DNA from: Lama guanicoe
Taxonomy: Eukaryota
Length of the DNA: 64,000 nucleotides
Assembly: GCA_013239625.1 (NCBI GenBank)
Contig: MU054338.1
Location: 4,750,724-4,814,723, forward strand
Direction: 5' to 3'
The notes below the pieces were generated by a model. That model ran no database searches, was not told the DNA's origin, and saw only the letters and a list, made by a program, of their open reading frames with translations. This document shows positions 13,837 to 26,505 of the stretch, piece by piece (the first letter of the stretch is position 1; each line of letters starts with the position of its first letter). Both the position numbers and the translations under genes were made by a program.

Positions 13837-15261
13837 TCAGGGCTTATTACTTTACATCTTTGCTCAGAATTTGTTTGGAACTTAGCAACGGTAACTTTTT
13901 TAATGTGTCTACATGCTTTGTGTTTGAAATGTGATACTATGTTACGGTCAACATGGAAGCCTTGTAAAGACCCAAGTCCCTGATACATGAAAAGAACAAA
14001 CACAGTAAAATTCATCCAGTTGGGTTGCAAACTTTTTACACAGTGAGTAGGATGCAATTTGACCCACTCAAAATGCACGCAGCACTGTGCATAGGTCAAC
14101 ATTTAGCTGTTAAGAATACAGTCTTGGCAACCATTTAAAGACGCAGTTACCTCTGGGAAGAGAAAGGGGATTATGACTGGAGGGACGTGCAGAGGAACTT
14201 CCAAAGCGCCCTGGGGTGTTCCGACACTTCACCTGAGCCTGGCGTTCTTTATAATCACTTGCTAAACTGCACAAATGTTCTACACGCTTTCCTGTCAGCA
14301 TGTTTCAAACTACAAATAGAATCAGAAGGAAACGAAAGTGAGAAAATTGAGAATTCAGACTGTCGGGACCTAAGGATAAGATTTTAAAACACTCACTTTC
14401 ATATCTTCGAATCACAAAAACAAGGTTTTTTTAATCCCTTCTTTTAAATATATGCATGTCTGTATAACTGGATCATTTTGATGTACGCCAGAAACTTACA
14501 CAACATTGTAAATCAACATACTTCAATAAAAAGAATTTTTTTTTAATTTGTTGAGCCATAGTCTTCAAATATGTGCATTTTATTGTTGGTAAATTACATC
14601 TCGATAAAGCTAGAAAAGTAGAAGTTGAAACCAATCAGAAAAGTGAACAAAAACATCTGGGGCGTGGTAGGCTTCCATGCCAACGACAAGCTGGAAGCAA
14701 CCTCAAGATGTGCACCAATGCCGGGATTTAAAGTGGGATGGAGATCCACATCCACCCAGAAAGAGTCGGTAGCTCCCGGGGGAGGTGGGCGGGGACCTGC
14801 AACACGGGTGCCACACGGCATTGCATCATCTCATTTCCTTCCATGCACAGTAGGATTCCAATTGACGCATAGATGTTTGCAGACACAATTATGGAAGACT
14901 TTGCATCAAAATTAAGAAGTCATAGCTCTGGGGCAGTGGGTGTTAGGGTGCCCTGACGCTTTTCCTTTTAGCTATATTTTCCCAAAATAAACATGGATAA
15001 CTTATGGAATAAAGAATACATGTTTCTAAAAAGACATAATACAAACTTTTAAGTGGGCAAGATAAAAGCACAGAATCTAGGGATGCACTCTGGCTGGTAA
15101 AACTACACAGAAGTGCAAGGCAGTGATCATTCTACGTCCGGACACCTGCTACCATGGGAGGAGTGAAAGGCCCTAAGCCCACCATAGCCCATGCAGGGGG
15201 TTAAATGGGAACTGGCCAATTCTTGAACCGGGTAAACGAAACAAGGGTATTTGCCCTAGAG

Positions 15262-15452
15262 CAGTAGTTCCCAACCAAGGGACATTTGGCAACGATGTCT
15301 GGGGACGTTTTTGATTGTCACCACTTTGGGGGGCGGGTGCTACTAGCATATAGTGGGCGGAAGCCAGGGATCCTGGTCTCCATCCTACGATGCACAGGAC
15401 AGCCCCGCACAACACTGCAAAATGGCAGTAGTGTTGAGGTTGAAAAACTCTG
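15262..15452 (+). mobile_element. MER20
   Basis: cagtagttcccaacc...ggacatttggcaacgatgtctgg...catcctacgatgcacaggacagcccc. Confidence 0.78.
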
Positions 15453-15534
15453 CCTAAGCTCATTAAGTTTAAAAACAAAATACAAGAGACAATATGAATA
15501 GGACCAACTTTGTGACCAAGAGAACACATGTTAA

Positions 15535-16053
15535 ATGCACCCTAATGTTCACAGCAGCACTATATACAATAGCCAAGACATGGACACAACCTAAATGTCC
15601 ATCCACAGATAACTGGATAAAGCTGTGATATATTTATACACTGGAATACTACTTAGCTATAAAAAAGAATAAAATAATGCCATCTGCAGCAACATGAATG
15701 GACCCAGAGACTGTCATTCTAACTGAAGTAAGCCAGAAAGAGAAAGAAAAATATCATATGATATCACTCATATGTGGAATCTAAAAAAGAAAAAGGAAAA
15801 AAAGGACACTGGGAACTCATCTACAAAACAGAAACAGACTCACAGACATAGTAAACAATCTGATGGTTACCAGGGAAAGGGGGTGGGAAGGGATAAATTT
15901 GGGAGTTTGAGGTCTACAAATGTTTGCCACTATGTATAAAAATAGATTTTGTTTAAAGTTTCTTCTGTGTAGCACAGGGAACTATGTTCAATACCTTGTA
16001 ATTTCATTAATGAAATTAATGAAAAAGAATATGAAAACAAACAAACAAACAAA
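15535..16053 (+). mobile_element. 5'-truncated young L1 with TSD and (CAAA)n tail
   Basis: TSD aacacatgttaa at 15523-15534 and 16054-16065; L1 3' motifs between. Confidence 0.88.
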
Positions 16054-17619
16054 AACACATGTTAAGGTCACTATATTCCTTTCCCACACCCTCCACTAGG
16101 ACCCAAACTAAAAAGTCTGACATTGTTAATTCAGGGGAAAGATGTGGAGGGGAAAATGGTGACTTTTATTCACTACAGCCGTGTTCAATATTTAATTTTT
16201 TAATTTTTAAAGTTTAAACCTGTCTGTGATCCTATGTTAAATAAGACAAAATTCATGATGCAAAAACAACACTGAAAACACTGCATGTTGTGTGTCTTAG
16301 GAACTATTAGAAAATAAAAGATTTGGGGTGAAAAGAGATTTTGGCCTGAAAATAAAGAGGAAAAGAACATAAATACAAGGGGACACTCCTTTAAGATCAG
16401 CAACCCACCCGCAGTTTCTGGCTGCAGCCAAGACAGAGAAAATGAGATTTTTTTTGGATGATAGAGCTGAGCCTCTGGGTGGATGTTAAGGATATTTCGC
16501 CAAACCCGCCCGCCCGCCCCAACACCACTCTTAGTCATGAGCAATTAAAAAAAAAAAGCGTCAGGAGCACAGATTCCAGATGGCAGATTAAAAACCTTTA
16601 TTAGATCTCAAATGAACATTCCTACTGTAATACTTCGAACGTGATGCAGTCCCATAAAAATAAAGATGAATCACAGGCCGTTTTAAAGGAAAGGTTTGGC
16701 TGCATTACGTCACAGCGAGCCGCACTGCCTTTCAGCATCCTCGTGCTGAGAGCAAGACCCAGAAATAGACACGAAGGCCAAGCAGCAGGTCAGCCCGCAG
16801 GTCAAGTTCAGCCCTGGACCAGCCCTCGCTCTTTTAAGCCAGCATCACAAAACTATAAGCACGTGATGAGGGAAGGAGAAAGAAAGTGTGTTTGGGAAAA
16901 CTAGTTCCAGCTGTCTCGGGTGGCAGGGCAGCTGGAAGAGCAGGCAGCATGGAGTACGACCTCTCCAGAAACAGTTCCTAACTCCGGGAGGGCAGAGGTA
17001 CTTTGCCAGTGAAATTAAGCCTTTATTTTCACTGTCCACGTATATGTGGGTCCCAGGGGAATTTTTCTGTGTGGAACTGTAGATTCTGAGCTCTGATTCT
17101 AAATTCACGGGCTCTTCCAGCTTCTGTACAACATCTACAGAAGCCAGATTGGACAGTTACTCAGCTACAAAGGAGCCACAAGCAATTATAAAAGGCAGAA
17201 ACTCGACAAGTTAATTTTTTTTCAAACCCCATCAACCGGAAATTGAGACAACCCATTAAAATGAACAGTTAATTTTTTTTTAAACCCTAACTACTAGTGA
17301 TTAAAACTCACTCAACTGGAGAGGCAATGTAGCAGAGTCAAAAAGGCACATGGTTTAGAATCAAAACAGACCATGGACTAAATTCCAGCCCTACCCTGCC
17401 CCCACCCCATTATCCGTGTGACCTTGGGCCAGTCGCTTTACCTCTTCTGGAGCTATTAAACCAGGGTGAAACAAGGATAGTTCTTAGGGAGGCTATGAAG
17501 GTTGATTGAGATAATCTATATAAAGTGATTAAAAAATGATAGGCACTCAATCGCAGCTTTCATGATAATAATTATCAAAAATAACAAATCAAAACTGTAC
17601 TCACAAACTCTTTCGAAAA

Positions 17620-19440
17620 CAAGAATGTTATTCAGTCAAAACCTGTGAGGGCAGCCAAAGCTGTGTTCAGGGGTGAATTCATGGCTTTAATTGTATTAAA
17701 ATTATGGTATTAAATTCTTCACTTATTTATTTATTTGTTCCCCAACTTATTGGATTTATTGGATTTTAAAGGATTTCAGTGTCTGGTGAGTTATCCAAAC
17801 ACTTCACACCAAGGGGAAGGCTCAGAATAATCTAAAAATGAAAAAAATGGGAAAAAATAATTGAATAATAAATCCAAGGTCTGCTTTTCTGAAGGAAAAA
17901 AAAAAGAGAGCAAAACTGGCAAATCTAAATAGACACAAAGAAGAAGACATCAACAAGATATGACAGCATGCTATTAAATCCGAAAATTTCAATGAAATGA
18001 TCCCTAAGAAAATACAAATCACAAAAGTTGACTCCAGAAGATCTTACCAGAGGTGAAAACAATTTTAAACTGAATTCTATAAACTAGCATGAATTTTTTT
18101 TAAGTTATTAAAGAATGACTTCCTTAAAAAGTTATTGCACCATATGATTTTTCCAACAAATTTCAAGGAACCGTTAGTCCTAATGTCATAATTCTAAAAT
18201 ATTGAAAATGGAAACTTGCCTAGTTCACTTTATGTGGTTAGAATATCAGATAATAAAGCCTGATGGAGATTGTAAAATAAAACACACCAAAAACATAACA
18301 TGATTTCACTCATGAATTCAGATGGTAAAAATCCAGAAAAACAAAATAAACCTAGCAAATCAAATTCAACATTATACTAAAAGAATAACTCATCACAACC
18401 ACATAGGGTTTACTACACAGGAAAGCAGGGGTGATTTTATATTATGAAATCTATTAAACATGATTGTCAGGTGATACCACTGTTAAATATTTAATATTAG
18501 TCTTGAAGTTCTTGTCAATAGAATAAGATTTAAAGTAAATGAGAGGTCAACATTTAGACATGATTAAAAATTTTTAAAAAGGAGGGGGTACAGCTCAGTG
18601 GTAGAGCACACGTTTAGCATGCATGAGGTCCTGGGTTCAATCCCCAGTATCTCCTCTAAAAATAAATCAACCTAATTACCTACCCCCGCTGCCAAAATGA
18701 AATAATGAAATAATACAATAATAAATTTTAAAAATATAAAGAATAAAGTCTTAAAATTAAAAAATAAAATAAAAAAATTTGTAACAGACAAAATTGTATA
18801 CAATGAATAAAAATATTAAAAACCTACTAAGCAATTTCACTAAAGGATCTGGATTCTGGATTCAGGATACGTATGCTTATTCATAGGAACAACACTAACC
18901 ACAAAAACTCCACGTTACAGGAATCAGGAATCATCATAGTAAGAAATATATGGGATAAATATTTTTAAAAGCACAGCATGAAAAGATTTGAACAAACAGA
19001 AAAACTGATCACATACCTGCATGAAAAGGAAAAACATTAAGGCATCAATACGTTAATTTATCAATTAAGTACAACTTTTAATCAAAATCTCAATGACTTT
19101 TATGTGTACTAAAGGACGTTGATTTGGAGATTCTTAAGTTCAATAAGAAGAATAAACATTTTGAAAAAATGTAAAGGAAAACACTGGCTCTGTCATTAGT
19201 AAAACATGTTCTAAATCTATAATAATGAAGTCAGTATGTTTCTGGGGGAAGGACAGACACAGATGCATGAAACAGAATTGGTGTCCCTGAAGCAGATCTC
19301 GGTTTTTGGTTGAATTTAATAAACGATAAAGAGAACATCAAGAGTCTTTGGGAAAGGAATTGATTATTCAATAACTGAAATTCAGGAAATTAAATAGCTA
19401 CTGTGGAAAACCATTTTAGATCCTCAGTTATACCATACAC
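17620..19440 (+). mobile_element. Highly decayed ancient L1 ORF2 region (interrupted by SINE)
   Basis: A-rich + strand with remnants such as gcagccaaagctgtgttcaggggtgaattcatgg and aaatcaaattcaacatt. Confidence 0.55.
18581..18778 (+). mobile_element. tRNA-derived SINE (vic-1-like)
   Basis: cagctcagtggtagagc...ctgggttcaatccccagt...aacctaattacct, then long AT-rich tail. Confidence 0.8.
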
Positions 19441-19519
19441 AGTCTTGGGTGTCTGATCAAGCTCTGAGTCCTGGCTAAAATATTTCATGAGTCCCACTGT
19501 GTTTCCTGTCCTGGGATTC

Positions 19520-20054
19520 TGTGTAGGTGACAAAGACGGCCACAAATGCTTCCTCTCCAACCAACAGGTGGTGTCTATATCCACACTCTTCCTTCAAGCT
19601 TGCCTTGGCCATGTGACTGGCTTTGACCAATGGGATATTAGCACACATGATGCAAACGGAGATTTGAAAAGTGCTTGTGCACTGGGGATTGATCTCTTGC
19701 TGATCTTGGAACCTTAAGACCACCATATGATCCAAATCTTAGCTAGGCTCCTGCAGGATGAGTGACCACGTGGAGAAAAACCAAAGCATCCCAGCTGACA
19801 GCCAGCATCAACTACCAGTCACATGAGTGAGGCCATGTTGGGCCATCCAGCTACCAGCCATCCCACCAGCTCATTCCAGACGCAGGGAAGAAGCAAGCCT
19901 GTGTCTGTGGTCAGCTGTGTGGGAGGGCATGTCCAGCCCAGAAAACCTACTTAGAAAACCTACTTCACAGAATCATGAGCAAAATAAATGACAGTTGTGC
20001 AAAGCCATTATATTTGGGGGAAGGTCTGTTACACAGCAAGAGCTAGCTGATACA
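19520..20054 (+). mobile_element. MLT1 (F/G/H-like) solo LTR
   Basis: ggccatgtgactggctttgaccaatggg...atgagtgaggccat...ttacacagcaagagctagctgataca. Confidence 0.72.
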
Positions 20055-22390
20055 AGTTCCAAGAGAAGACCTCATGTCCTCCCAGTAAACCACCCCCTTG
20101 TGATTTAAGTGAATCTGAGTAGATTCCCATCACCAGCAATCATGAGTTGACTTTGATGCTCAGTGCCGAGCCAGGAAGACAAGCTCAGGCTGAGGCCTCC
20201 CTCAGTGTCCTACCCATCCTGAGTCTATTTCCTCTCTGCCCACACTCATTCTATTCTGCTTAGGCTGCAAAGCACTCTGTTCTCTGTTCCCTAGAGAGCA
20301 AGGAGAAGCCAGGAAGGAGCTGACACATTCCTCGATCTTGGCCACCCATAGACATGATGACACCCTCAGCCCCAGTCAACATTCTCAGCCCTGGTCGACA
20401 CCCTTTCCCCTTCCTTGTTCCTCTTCTCCCACAGATGTACCTATAATGGCCTCTTTGTTGTGCTCAACTTTCTCAAGCCACTCCTGCCTCTATTCCTGGG
20501 ACTCTCAAGGGCTTACAAAGGTTGAAAAAAAAAAACTCATTGTTATATTTTATGTTTAAGGGGGAAAATATCAAACTCAAAGTCAGAGAAGAGGAATGAG
20601 ATTTTTATTTTTATCAAAAGAAGATGTATCAGTTAAAAGTCAAGGAAAAAAAAACTTTGAGGCCGGTTCCCTTATAATTCCTCATTACAGATGAGGAGAC
20701 AGAGGCTGAGAAGAGCTTGACAATTTGTCCAAGGTCACACAATTCAAACCAGGCCCGTGTGGCTCCAGAGCTGCCCTTAACCGTCAAATGAAATGCCCTA
20801 GAGCAGTGCTGCCCAGGAGAACTCGCCGCGGGGCTGGAAATGTCCTCCATCCGTGTTGTCCAAATGTGGTGAATGCGACCAGGGGACCAAGGCTTCATTT
20901 TTTTTCATTTTAACTCAGCTACATGTGGCTAGTGGGGTTACCTTTTTGGACAACGCTGCTCTAGAATGTCACCAAGTTGGTTCCATGCCACCACTCAAGC
21001 TGGGACCCTCAACCAACTTACCTTCCCTGAATCCCACCCACAAACCTGGGAGAGGTGGCAGCTGAAAGTGGATGAGACCTTAAGAGGGAAATAGCCTGAG
21101 GGAAGCCAGTGACAACCAAGCCCAGGAAGGCCCCTCTACAGATACCCTAATGTCCTCCGAAATAAAGCCAACTGACAACCAACGTCACGTTGCACGCAAG
21201 GCGTGAACAAGAACAGGTCCTGCAGAACCGATTCCCACTGGCCCAGCTGGCTGGCTAGCTCCCTCCCCAGGTCTCCTTCACGGAGCCGGGAAAAACTCAG
21301 ACATCCACTGCCGCTGTGTAGGCAACATTTTCACTTTGCATCAAAGGGGAAAGAATTTGTCATTTTCTGACTTCTTTGATTCTGACTTTGTAACTCATCT
21401 GACCTGAGTCTGTTTTAGCTCCCTTCAGCCTTCCTTCCAAGACCTCAAGGCCAACACGCCAATGTGTCCTTCATTTTCTTATGTCCCTCCAACTCCTGTG
21501 ATTCATTCCACCAGAGGCCCACTGCTGTTATTTCCAACCCCCAACAGGAAACACTTGTAAACGTAATGCTTCAAAGGCCAGTAGTCCTCAGATCAAGCCA
21601 GGCAGTGCATCAAGCTTGTGGATCTCAAAGACATCCTTTCAAAGCTGTGCACGTCTACGCAGAAGTGTAGCCTCATCTGAACTACATGGGCATCTTCAAG
21701 ACAATTCACCAACGTTTTCCTCATCAAACTCATCCCCGCTTGGGGTACCTTTCCCTCCTTGATTTGCCTACTGTTTTCCCTCTGACATGAGCCTCAAGGT
21801 CTTGAATTCGTGCTGCCTTCTGTACAACCACAACTCCTAAGATCAACTGCTTGTGTTCTTTTTTTTCTTGCCCTTGTAAAATTCCTTTGCAAATAACCCT
21901 CATACCTCACTCGCTTATAAAAATAATTTTCCTAGCAAACCTTGCCTTGGTAAAGAACACAGAGCTTTGTTATGAAGTTCAGTCTGTGCCTTGTTTATCG
22001 TAAACTAAAAAAAGGGAGGCCAATGAGTACCGACTGTATAAAAAAATTTTCAGATTTGTGAAAAAGAAAGAAAAAATTATAATGGAAGCGCACACCACTA
22101 CCCATGGCCATGTTTCAGGGGAAGAGAAGCCAGTATGATCACCTCTCAACACAGCCTGTTGCAAACAGTGCTGGGGCTGGGGGTGTGGATGTTAAAGAAA
22201 GTCCACTGAAGGAACAGAACCCATGTTTGACCCTGGCTCTGGGTCCATAGGACAGAGGACCATGATTAACTCCGCCAGGAGAGGGCAGTCAGCAACACTC
22301 CGATTGGAGGCATGCCCCAGGGTGGAAGAGCCCGGTTCCCCGACAGGGAGAGGATAAGGAAAAGAAAGGGATGGAGGGAAACCTGTAGGC

Positions 22391-22608
22391 TAGGGGTTCT
22401 CACCCTTAGCCCTACTGACAGTGGGGCTGGATCCTTCTTGGTGGTAAAGGTTTTCTCTGCATTGCAGGGTGCTGAGCGGCACCCCTGGCCTCCACCCAAT
22501 GCCATGCCAGGAGTACCCCCACCCCACAACTTGTGACACCCAAAAATGTCTCAGGACATTGCCAAATGTCCACTGGGAGGCGAAATCACCCCCAGTTGAG
22601 AATCACGT
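22391..22608 (-). mobile_element. MER20
   Basis: ttgtgacacccaaaaatgtctcaggacattgccaaatgtcc...cccagttgagaatcac. Confidence 0.78.
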
Positions 22609-23044
22609 CTGTAGATCCAAAGAGAGATATCCATTTTTTTTAAATGGGCAAGACTAAACAATATTGTCTAAAGACTCACACTCGAGTGATAAAAATATAC
22701 AGAAGGAAGTGACCAGTAGAAAAGAGAACAGTGACCATTTGTGGAGGAAGAAGGGGGCTGTGACTGGGATGGGGGCCCTGGAAGGGTTCCAGGAGCAGGC
22801 AAAGTGCTATTATCAACCAGGCTCAGGGAGGGTGGAGAGAAGGTTATAAGGTTGTTTGCCTTAGAGTAATGCATTAGGCTGTACATTTGTCTTGTGCGGT
22901 TTTTCTGAACCTGTGTTTTCTTTGATAATAAAATGTCTTCTAAAAAATAAAACCAAAAGCAAAAACAAGAAAACAAAAACAAAAACCCTTGACTCTTGAC
23001 TCTAAACAAAAACATAGAACATCCTTAAATAAAGTAATACCAAA

Positions 23045-23610
23045 TTAGTACTGTGTACACCAAATATAGCACTGGCAACACAGACCCAGCAATTCTGCTC
23101 CTGGATACAGCCCCCCAAGAGAACTGAAAATAAGTATCCAAACAAAAACGTGCCCAAAAACATCAGCGGCAGCACTATTCATAATAACCAAAAGGCGGAA
23201 ATAACTCAAATGCCCACCAGTTGGTAAATGGATAAACAAGACACAGTGTATCTATACAAAGGAATATTACTCAGCCAGAAAAAGGAATGAAGTCCTGGTG
23301 TGTGCGACAATGGGGATCAACCTCCAAACCACACGTAGTGAAAGCAGCAACACATAAAAGGCCACATCTTGTGTGATTCCATTTATATGGGACATCTACA
23401 ACAGGGAGGTCCACAGAGACAGATGCAGACTGATGGTTGCCAGGGGCTGGTGGAGAGGAAATGGGGAGTGACTGGTAACAGGCACAGAGTTTCTTTGTGA
23501 GGTGATGACAAGTTCTGGAACAAGACAGTGACAATGGTTGCCCAGCACTGTGAACATGCTCAACCGTCACTAACGGTAAATCTTATGTGCATTTTGCTAC
23601 AGTGAAAAAC
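23045..23610 (+). mobile_element. L1MB-type 3' fragment
   Basis: gacccagcaattctgctcctgg, gcagcactattcataat, tgattccatttatatg motifs. Confidence 0.8.
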
Positions 23611-26199
23611 ATTGTTTCTAAAGAAAAGAAATCTTGAATGCTTCAGCTCAAGCATGCTCTGCCTATCTCCTGTTACGCTACTCAACTTCTTTGCTAATGT
23701 GGAAACCTTTCAACTTGTCACCACTAACGAGGTATCTGCGATGGGAGTCCCATCCACCTGCAGACAAGCACTGCGGTTGGTTAATAAACAATGTTGGGCT
23801 AGGCACACTTGGTACCAACGCGACTAAGTGCCAGGGCTCGACTGAAACCCTGTCCTTATCGGATCTTCCAAAGAGAGCAGTTTCCTTCATAGGTGAGCGC
23901 TTGGAAACACCCCACAGGTAAAGCCTGGCAATCAATCTCCCTTTCTGGACTGCAGCCTTCATTCAAGACCTTCTTTGATGGAGCAAAACACGAAATGAAC
24001 AAACAAACAAATAAACAAACCTCCTATAATACAAACGTCAAGTGATCGTCTTTCCCAAACCCTCCAGGCACTTGACAATGATGGACTTTATCCACCAGGT
24101 ACCACCCCCTCCCGCCCAGAGCCAATTTGATGACCACACTCCATTCTGTGCCTCTGTGTCCTGTGGCTTCAGTCCAGGTTGGGAGAGCTCAGTCCACTTC
24201 CCAAACCTGGAATTGGAGAGAAAGAGCCCACTCTGCTGCTATTCATGTGACCCACCTATGACGGACAAAGGGGGACCCAAAGGAAAGCAGTTTTTCATCT
24301 GTTTGTTTCCTACTCTTGACATGACTTATCTCTAAGTGTGGACAGACATTTAGCCCGAGAACAGACTCGAAGCCCAAGACAAAGAGAAGGCAGAGAGAGA
24401 AGGGGAAGTGGGAGGTTAGACTGGGGGGAAGTGGAGGGAGAAGTGAAGAGAGAGGAAGGAGAGGAGATAAAGGATACAATTTTGAAACACACTACCCACA
24501 TCAGTTCTCTTTTACTGGGAAAAGGAGTGGTCTGGCAGGCACAGGTGCAAGGAGACACAGGGACTGACCACAGAGAGCACCTGACTCCCAGCCTGACGGG
24601 AGCTGAGGTCCCCAGGACCTCCCTGGGGCATTTCAGGTGTTCAGTCACAAAGAACAGATTTTAATGCTGACAAAGGGTCTGGTGACATGGTGGGAGATGA
24701 CTGGTCAATGAATTTCATCAAGTAGGAGGGAGAAAAAGGAAAACTCGTCAGACCAGTTACCAAGTTACCAGACCTTTGCATAATTATGTATTTAACTCTA
24801 CCCCAACTTCTGCCAAAGGATCAGGCCAATTTATTTCTCTAGGTGAAAAGGTAACTGGATAGGGTCCCAAAGCCCCCTCCGGGGAGCTGGGCACTTGTTA
24901 GAACCATAAGTCTGCATCTTCGCTAATAAATTCTCGGCCAGTTCTGTCCCCAAGATGCCAGGTGACTATGCGGACAGCCGGTCTACCTGTCTTCAGTGCA
25001 TCCTTGAACCTACGGAAATGCTTCCTTGCCTACCTAAGTTTATTTCCCTATAGTTATTTCTTTGACTTTCTCCCAGACTCAGCAAGGACATTGGTGTCCC
25101 AGCAACATGCCTGGCTCAGCACAACCGCCCGTTCAATATCAGTGGAAACAACCTATGCTGAACATAGAGCCCCAGATGGACCCTCCGTGAGCTCTCCATC
25201 ACACCTGCAGGACAGCTTCCGGCATTCAGAGCACTGGAGGGCCAAGCCTCTCTTCACAGCATGAGGCAGCCTCCTCACTCTGGCCCGCGCAGGTACCATG
25301 TGCTTTGGTTGCTACCTTTCCACGCATCTGGAACACCCTTCCCTCTCACCCTCTTTCTGAGCATCCTTTGCCACACAAACCAAACCACATCTGACGGACC
25401 ACTCCAACCCGGAACAACCGCTCTCCTTCTCCAAATGCCAGTAGTAACTTGTCATCAATCCTGGAGAAGGGAGGAGAGGCTCAGAAAATTACTCTCTGGG
25501 GCTCTTGCTCTTTCCTGCTACACAAAATCCAGTCATCACCAGAGTCAGAAGTTCGTTTTACAAATTCTTATCGTCTCAGTGATAAAGAAATTACAAAGAC
25601 CATGGAAGTGTTTTCAGTATGTTGCTTTCAGTTCTCTCCTAGATTTTTTTAAAAAGAGATCTTTGACAAAACCCAAAGGAATCAATAGGAACGAAACACG
25701 CAGATCGCCCCCTGTGCTATGCAATCTACTGTCTTTTGTCTAGCTGTTAGTATCATTCAAGACTTTTCCACTTTCTGCACGGACTACAGTGACATAGCCA
25801 CCAAGGAATTTAATTTATCAATATTCGGCAGCGTTATCTGGAGAACATCATGACTTCCAGGTGCCCTGGCACCAAACGTGTCTAGAACCACTGGCCCAAT
25901 GACTCATTTGCAGGGGAAAGCGGCGGGGGCAGGGGGGTTCCTGTCTTGCCTTGTGACATCTCCTGCTGGCTGGGCTGCCTTGAGTGGCTGATTCATTACT
26001 GCCTTTCAACTCCCCAGCCACACTGAGAGCTCCTGAGGGGCAAGGATGACATCCCCTACTTCGTAGCCCCTTCCCTTGGTGCCAGCAAGGGGCAGAGGGA
26101 CCGTGTTGGACTGCTACTGAGATGGTCCCAACTTCCACTGTAAACAGCCTCTACCCCTAAAGAGCTCTCTCACCTTCACAAGCTGCACAGCCAAGAACG

Positions 26200-26505
26200 G
26201 ACGTTGGCACACTTTATTTTCTGTAAAGAGCCATATCAGCTCTGTTGTAACTGTTCTTAGTACTGCAGCAACCCCAGGCAAGATGTAAATGAGCAAATGA
26301 CCGAGCATGGCTCCAATGAACTTCATTTAGTGACACCGAAGTGTTCATTTCATATCACTTTCACCTCTCACAAAATACTATTCTTTATATTTCCCCTCGT
26401 CAATATTTTTAAAGTATAAAAAGCATTCTGAGCTCACAGCCCATGCAAAAACTGCCAGAGGGCTGCATATGACCCGAGGCTCATAGTTTGCTGATTTCTG
26501 GTCAA
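26200..26505 (+). mobile_element. MER58B-like
   Basis: ttttctgtaaagagcc...ggctccaatgaacttcattt...catagtttgctga. Confidence 0.62.

Noticed and set aside
17209..17288. Short direct repeat agttaattttttt...aaaccc twice, 58 bp apart
   Set aside because: Low-complexity local duplication with only two units; no evidence of function and not an array.
18581..18655. tRNA-like sequences (also 9392, 46286, 50621, 52823, 58288, 60603) as tRNA genes
   Set aside because: Diverged from one another, followed by SINE body and A-rich tails, some with TSDs: these are SINEs, not tRNA genes.
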